Assembly (NCBI GenBank): GCA_964234715.1
Contig: OZ174278.1
Source: Podarcis melisellensis
Taxonomy: Eukaryota
Direction: 5' to 3' (one strand)
Length of the DNA: 64,000 nucleotides
Position 1 is the first letter of the stretch. Every line of letters starts with the position of its first letter. The notes under the pieces were generated by a model, which was not told where the DNA came from, made no database searches, and saw only the letters and a list, made by a program, of their open reading frames with translations. This document shows, piece by piece, positions 58,883 through 64,000 of this stretch. Both the position numbers and the translations under genes were made by a program.

Positions 58883-60882
58883 TAACTACAAATAAGAAAC
58901 AGAGGCACACAAATGCACAAAGATAGATTTTAAAATAAGAGGATAATGAAGAAATTATCCATTGTTTGCTTTTCTACTTATTTATGAATGCTGGATTCTG
59001 TTCCGGAATAGTGCAGAACATGGGTTCAGAAAAGACTGTACACCTGATTACTGTTAGAAGTGATCCCAATCCTACAATGTAAGTGGTAAAGTATAACTGT
59101 GCGAGTTGGTCCTCAGAAGCCATGATCACAGCAATCCCAAAAAATCACTAAAAGCAGGCAACGGTGTAGATACAACTTGTGGCACTCATTCAAACTACCA
59201 CTGTCATGTTCCCCGTGATACTTCACTAATGTGACTCCAGATACTATTCTGCAATGTGAAAATAAAAGAGTTGTATTGCTTTAGCTTTTCCAGGCCAAGT
59301 GCTGCCTCACTTATAGTAAGAGGTGCACCATATACTGTAGTTTGACAGCTAGCATGCAAAGACAGCCCCATGAAGAGGCTGCTGCACAGCCAGCTTAAAA
59401 TTCCAGTTCCATGTTCAGTCCTACTGCTCTACAACAAATGGTCAAACGGGATCTAAAGTCAGGATGTAGATTGCTTTCACAAGCAAGAAATCATAGAACA
59501 GTTTTGCAGGCTGTATAGAGTTAGTGGCAGATTTCCTACAACAAACCATATATTCCCTTTTTCCAGCATCTCCAGAGCTGTTCCCTGCTACATCACATCC
59601 ATCCTTCACACAACAGCATCTCTATATGCATTGCCCAGGTTCTTACAAAGATGACCCCACCACCTCTCTCCACTACTGGAGAATTAGAAAGGGGAGGGGA
59701 AATCTAACATCCGGTTACTAACTGCCCAACCAATAATAAATTACTGTTTTTATACTACTTCAGTCACATACAAATAGGTTCAGATGTGGCCATGGTTACC
59801 TGGTTAGCTTAAAAGCTACATGGGGTCTAAAGTTGAGAATCCAATTTACAGTCTTTTTTTAAAAAAACCAACAACACACAATTATTATTGGTTTTTTAAC
59901 AAATACAAGTACAAGAACCATTAAACACTCATCCAGGTGTACAGCTAATGGTGTTTCTTCTATCCATTGGCTTTAGACATAAGCTTACACATTCAATGTT
60001 CAAACATATTACTGAACATACCATCTCCACTAAGACGACTGATCAGTTGGTACAACAAGGTCTTGATTTGGGTCATTAACATAGTTAAAGAAAAGGGTCC
60101 ACATTTCTTGGAAGGTGTCTCTTTCTGTTATAACTTTAATTGCTCATCTGCGTCTGGTGGATAGATCCCAGCTATTATTTTTGCATATATTCAGGGGTAT
60201 TTCAGTCTGGTTTTCCCATTGTTAAGCTATCGCTAATCGTGCTGCAGTCAGTAAGAAGCCTACACGTTCTTTGTGGTGCAGAGTGGAGTCCAAGTCTATG
60301 CACAAAGATAGTAGGGCTAAAGCAGGATTTGGGGTAAGATGTTAGCTAGTAATTGTGGATATAATGGAGACAACTCTACTCCATGACGGAAGAAAGGCAG
60401 GGTAGAAAATAAACTTTTCAAATGTAAGGCAATCTGCAGCATTAAATAATGATAATTATGACATCTATAACACTGAAATTCTAAATGCACTTCTGCATTT
60501 AGAGGATGTGGCATCTTCATGAGAGGATTATACAAGGCTTTCAATATGTGTGAATTGCTACTTGCCTTCTTCTGGCGACTTCTAGCCTGATTTTGAGGTG
60601 CTAGTAGACTAGAAGCAAGTAACTTGATTCTGCTTTCTTTTGACCTGGCCCCTTCCTTGTGGCCAACTTTCTCATCTTACCCCTCAATGGACATCCTCTT
60701 ACAGACTGGGGAAACATGCACCTTATTGCTCTGCCTTGCTGGAAAATAAAACAGTTAGAAGATGGTAGGACAAAAACTGCAAAAGACCTATTGTGGGTAC
60801 CAAAGCCTTTAAAAAAACACCATCTGCATGTTCGAGTGAGAACCCCAGAAGAAAGTGCATTACAACTGGGTAAGTTCATCCA

Positions 60883-61228
60883 GGGGGATGTGGGGGGGGA
60901 TGTGGGTTAAACCACAGAGCCTAGGACTTGCCGATTAGAAGGTCAGTGGTTCGAATCCCCGCGATGGGGTGAGCTCCCATTGCTCGGTCCCTGCTCCTGC
61001 CAACCTGGCAGTTCAAAAGCACGTCAAAGTGCAAGTAGATAAATAGGTACCACTCCGGTGGGAATGTAAACAGCATTTCTGTGTGCTGCTCTGGTTTGAG
61101 AGAAGCTGCTTAGTCATGTTGGCCACATGTACGCCGGCTCCCTCAACCAATAAAGCGAGATGAGCACGGCAACCCCAGAGTCAGCCACGACTGGACCTAA
61201 TGGTCAGGGGTCCCTTTAACTTTACCTT
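60883..61228 (+). mobile_element. Sauria SINE (near full length)
   Basis: tRNA-derived head with B box ggttcgaatccc, core gtgcaagtagataaataggtacc, and an (ACCTTT)-type tail. Confidence 0.9.
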
Positions 61229-64000
61229 ATATCCAATTTGCAATTTTGCTTGTACAAAACTAAGACACTTGAAGTTTTAAAATTGATAAATATTCCAAAT
61301 AGTACAATAAGTATTACAGAAGTTTCAATTCCCATTATTTCTGCTTTTACACAATTTAAAGACTTCCAGAAATTTTACATCTCTGGCTAGCACTCTAGAA
61401 CTTACTAAAAGATAGAGAGACAATGCCTTAAAACAGTTGTTTCTAGTTTATACTCATCATTGCATATCTATTTCATTGTAAACGGCAGCTGATATATTTT
61501 GTTTTTAATTTATCTAGCTCTTTTATTTTGAAATTAATAGACTCAAGATGTATTATTGTGTTCCTATGAAACGGAATATGTGAAGATTACAGAAGGTAAT
61601 ACTTTTCACTGACTGACAGGGAATTAGAAGATAACCTAGAAAAACCCCAGTTTACAATGCTTGGGAGCAGCTGGCCACAAAGTTTGTTATACTGCTCTGC
61701 TTGGCAGAAATTCTTCACTAAAAGTGAAAAAGGTCTCACAAGACATAGGGCTAAAGATATAATGGTTCATGTGGAGAAACCTTAGTTTAAAGATTATTCA
61801 GTTTTTTAAAGGATTCATTTTATTCTTTATTGTCACCTTTTGAATGTCCCAAGAGTATCTTGCTTGCACTTCAATTCACACATCAAAGTGGCACAGATGG
61901 CATCCTACATCTATCAAAACACAAAAGTTAAACTGCAATTTTTACTACACTTCCAATATGATTATCAGTACTTATCTCCATCTCAAAGTATGCTTCCTAA
62001 ATGTACCAAATTCTAGATTTGGTATTACATTATACATATATTTATAAAGTTATATCCATGCTTTCTCTTGCCTCTACACTGGTAGAAACAATATACATAA
62101 GCACTTGGGATGGAATAATACATAATTAGAATAATTTTTTATTGTTCACTACTGTGCTTGCCTCCAGACCTTTGTCCCCATGGACTACTTGAACATTTAT
62201 TAAAATCTGTCAAACAACCTAATGGTTTTTCTGCCTGCTGTAACAATTGACAAGTACTATGCTAGGTAATGTGTGATTTTTATTTGTATTTTTACAGATA
62301 TTCTATGGATGACTTAAATGAAGCCTGCGGACCACTGGTGGTTCACAGACTACAGCTTGGAAACCCCTATACTAGAGTTTATAATTTTATAAGAATAGAT
62401 CTAATCGTAGGGGTTGAAGGTCTCTGTAATCCAGGTAGTGCTTCTGTTGTAAGGAAATCACATGTATCTACCACTGAGTACAATATCACTAGGGAAATGC
62501 AGTTTTTATCCTAGCTAATGTACCAAATGTAGCAACTGCAACAGTGCAACAAAAAAACATGGCTGTGCAAGTTCCACAGTCACCTACAACGTAACACACT
62601 CACATTACAGGCAACAAGTATTACAACTCACATCGCCTTCCACCTGCCTCATATTTTTTAAAAGTTGTATCATCATAATTTTACTTTTACATTTGGAGCA
62701 TTATTTCACTGCCTCACCACAATGGAAAATCCCTTTATCACAACCAGAGGCTTATAAGCATTTTCTTTGGGTTACTTAGGCATGAAAACATTACAAACAC
62801 TGATTCTCTCTACTCCATTTCCTTTGTGCCACAAATAACTACCAGAGGTACATATGGGCAGGAAGGCTGGTTGTTTTGTTGCCTTATTTGTATGGTTGGC
62901 TTACCCAGAAGAGAAACAAAATAAAAAAGCCAAACAGGCGACACAGTTTCCCATCTACAACAATCCCCTGACATTTCATAGCTTTTTCGGCTTGTAGTGA
63001 AGATCAGTTCTCCTGAAGCAAGGCAACCCTGGCTTCTTAATTATATATGAATGCAGTACACACAAGTAGCTCTTGGCCCAGACTAGCACAAGTATGGCAT
63101 AAAAAACCCACAGAAAAAAATTAACACCTGAATGGTCTTACTCAATCTTTTGAACATATACACTCTAAAATTTGCCTACACCAAACAAGATATAAAAATA
63201 TTTAGCAAGAATAAGTTTCAGTACACTGCCAAGGCCTTGCTACCATTCAAGACTGTCTATCTTCAAAGCTGCCAAAACCAAAGCAGCAGCATCATACTGC
63301 AGTCACCCTGCTGGGGAGACATGCCAAAAAAACCCAAAAAAACCAGGCAGCAGAAGAAGCTATTACAAATGCAATTACTTGCAACAGTAACAAAGTAATA
63401 ATTGTAGCACTGCTCATATCCCTGCTATACAAATACATGCAAGGTGTGGCATATCCAAGCAACCTGAAAGCAGCCTCCAAAACAGACAAAAAGTTTTCCT
63501 GAGCATGTAGGTGTAAGAGAAAAGACTCACACCCATCACACCCTATTAAAGTTTCACCCTGTCTGTGATTTAATCATTCAAAACCAAGCAATACAGGACC
63601 AAAAGTGTGCCTGTTGTGTGCACACAAGGGGATGGACACCTGACCCCTTAACATTGGTCCTCAATTAACAGGCCTCAAAAACAGGTTCCCCATCACCCAG
63701 AATACACCTCCTTTCTTCAGTCCCCAGTTCATCTATAAATTGCTTACCAACTTCATGAACACCACTACTGCTAAATTTGTAAGATGAAAACGGATAAAGA
63801 ACAGGGGAATAAAGTTTATGCTCTGCCTTTCATTTACTATATATTTTTAAGCAGGTGCCAGGACACACTGGGTATACCCCCCCAACCCATACAAGGTTTT
63901 AATCCACCCCAGAAGCCCATCCACTGTTGCAGCCTTTTGTTTTTGGAGTGGGGGGTCGCACTTTTCAAGGCATTTGAGCCCCCACCCCAAGCATTGCCCC

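Noticed and set aside
60883-60965. tRNA-like sequence with a B box
   Set aside because: It is the head of a Sauria SINE, not a tRNA gene.

Overview
Vertebrate genomic DNA, almost certainly from a squamate (lizard), because it carries a Sauria SINE, Bov-B LINE 3' ends, CR1/L2 LINE fragments and many hAT and Tc1/mariner MITEs. Two spliced protein-coding genes converge tail-to-tail. (1) TAB3 lies on the minus strand: six coding exons, 56317->42342, about 680 aa, with an N-terminal CUE domain, a Pro/Ser/Gln-rich region, a coiled coil and a C-terminal NZF zinc finger, followed by a long 3' UTR. (2) A gene I cannot name lies on the plus strand. I reconstructed it by hand from 10 phase-compatible GT-AG coding exons (19923->36517, 2013 nt, 670 aa). 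It encodes an acidic/disordered N-terminus, a central coiled coil and a single extreme C-terminal CAP-Gly domain with a GRHDG motif. It is probably driven by the CpG island at about 7.05-7.9 kb. This gene is the most interesting object in the window and is largely invisible in the ORF track. It also has several oddities: an in-frame uORF, a disabled exon-like segment, a duplicated splice donor and a perfect 93-bp intronic inverted repeat. The first ~2.25 kb looks like the end of a 3' UTR from an upstream plus-strand gene, possibly GK (synteny argument only). All coordinates were derived by eye, and repeat boundaries are approximate unless TSDs are given.
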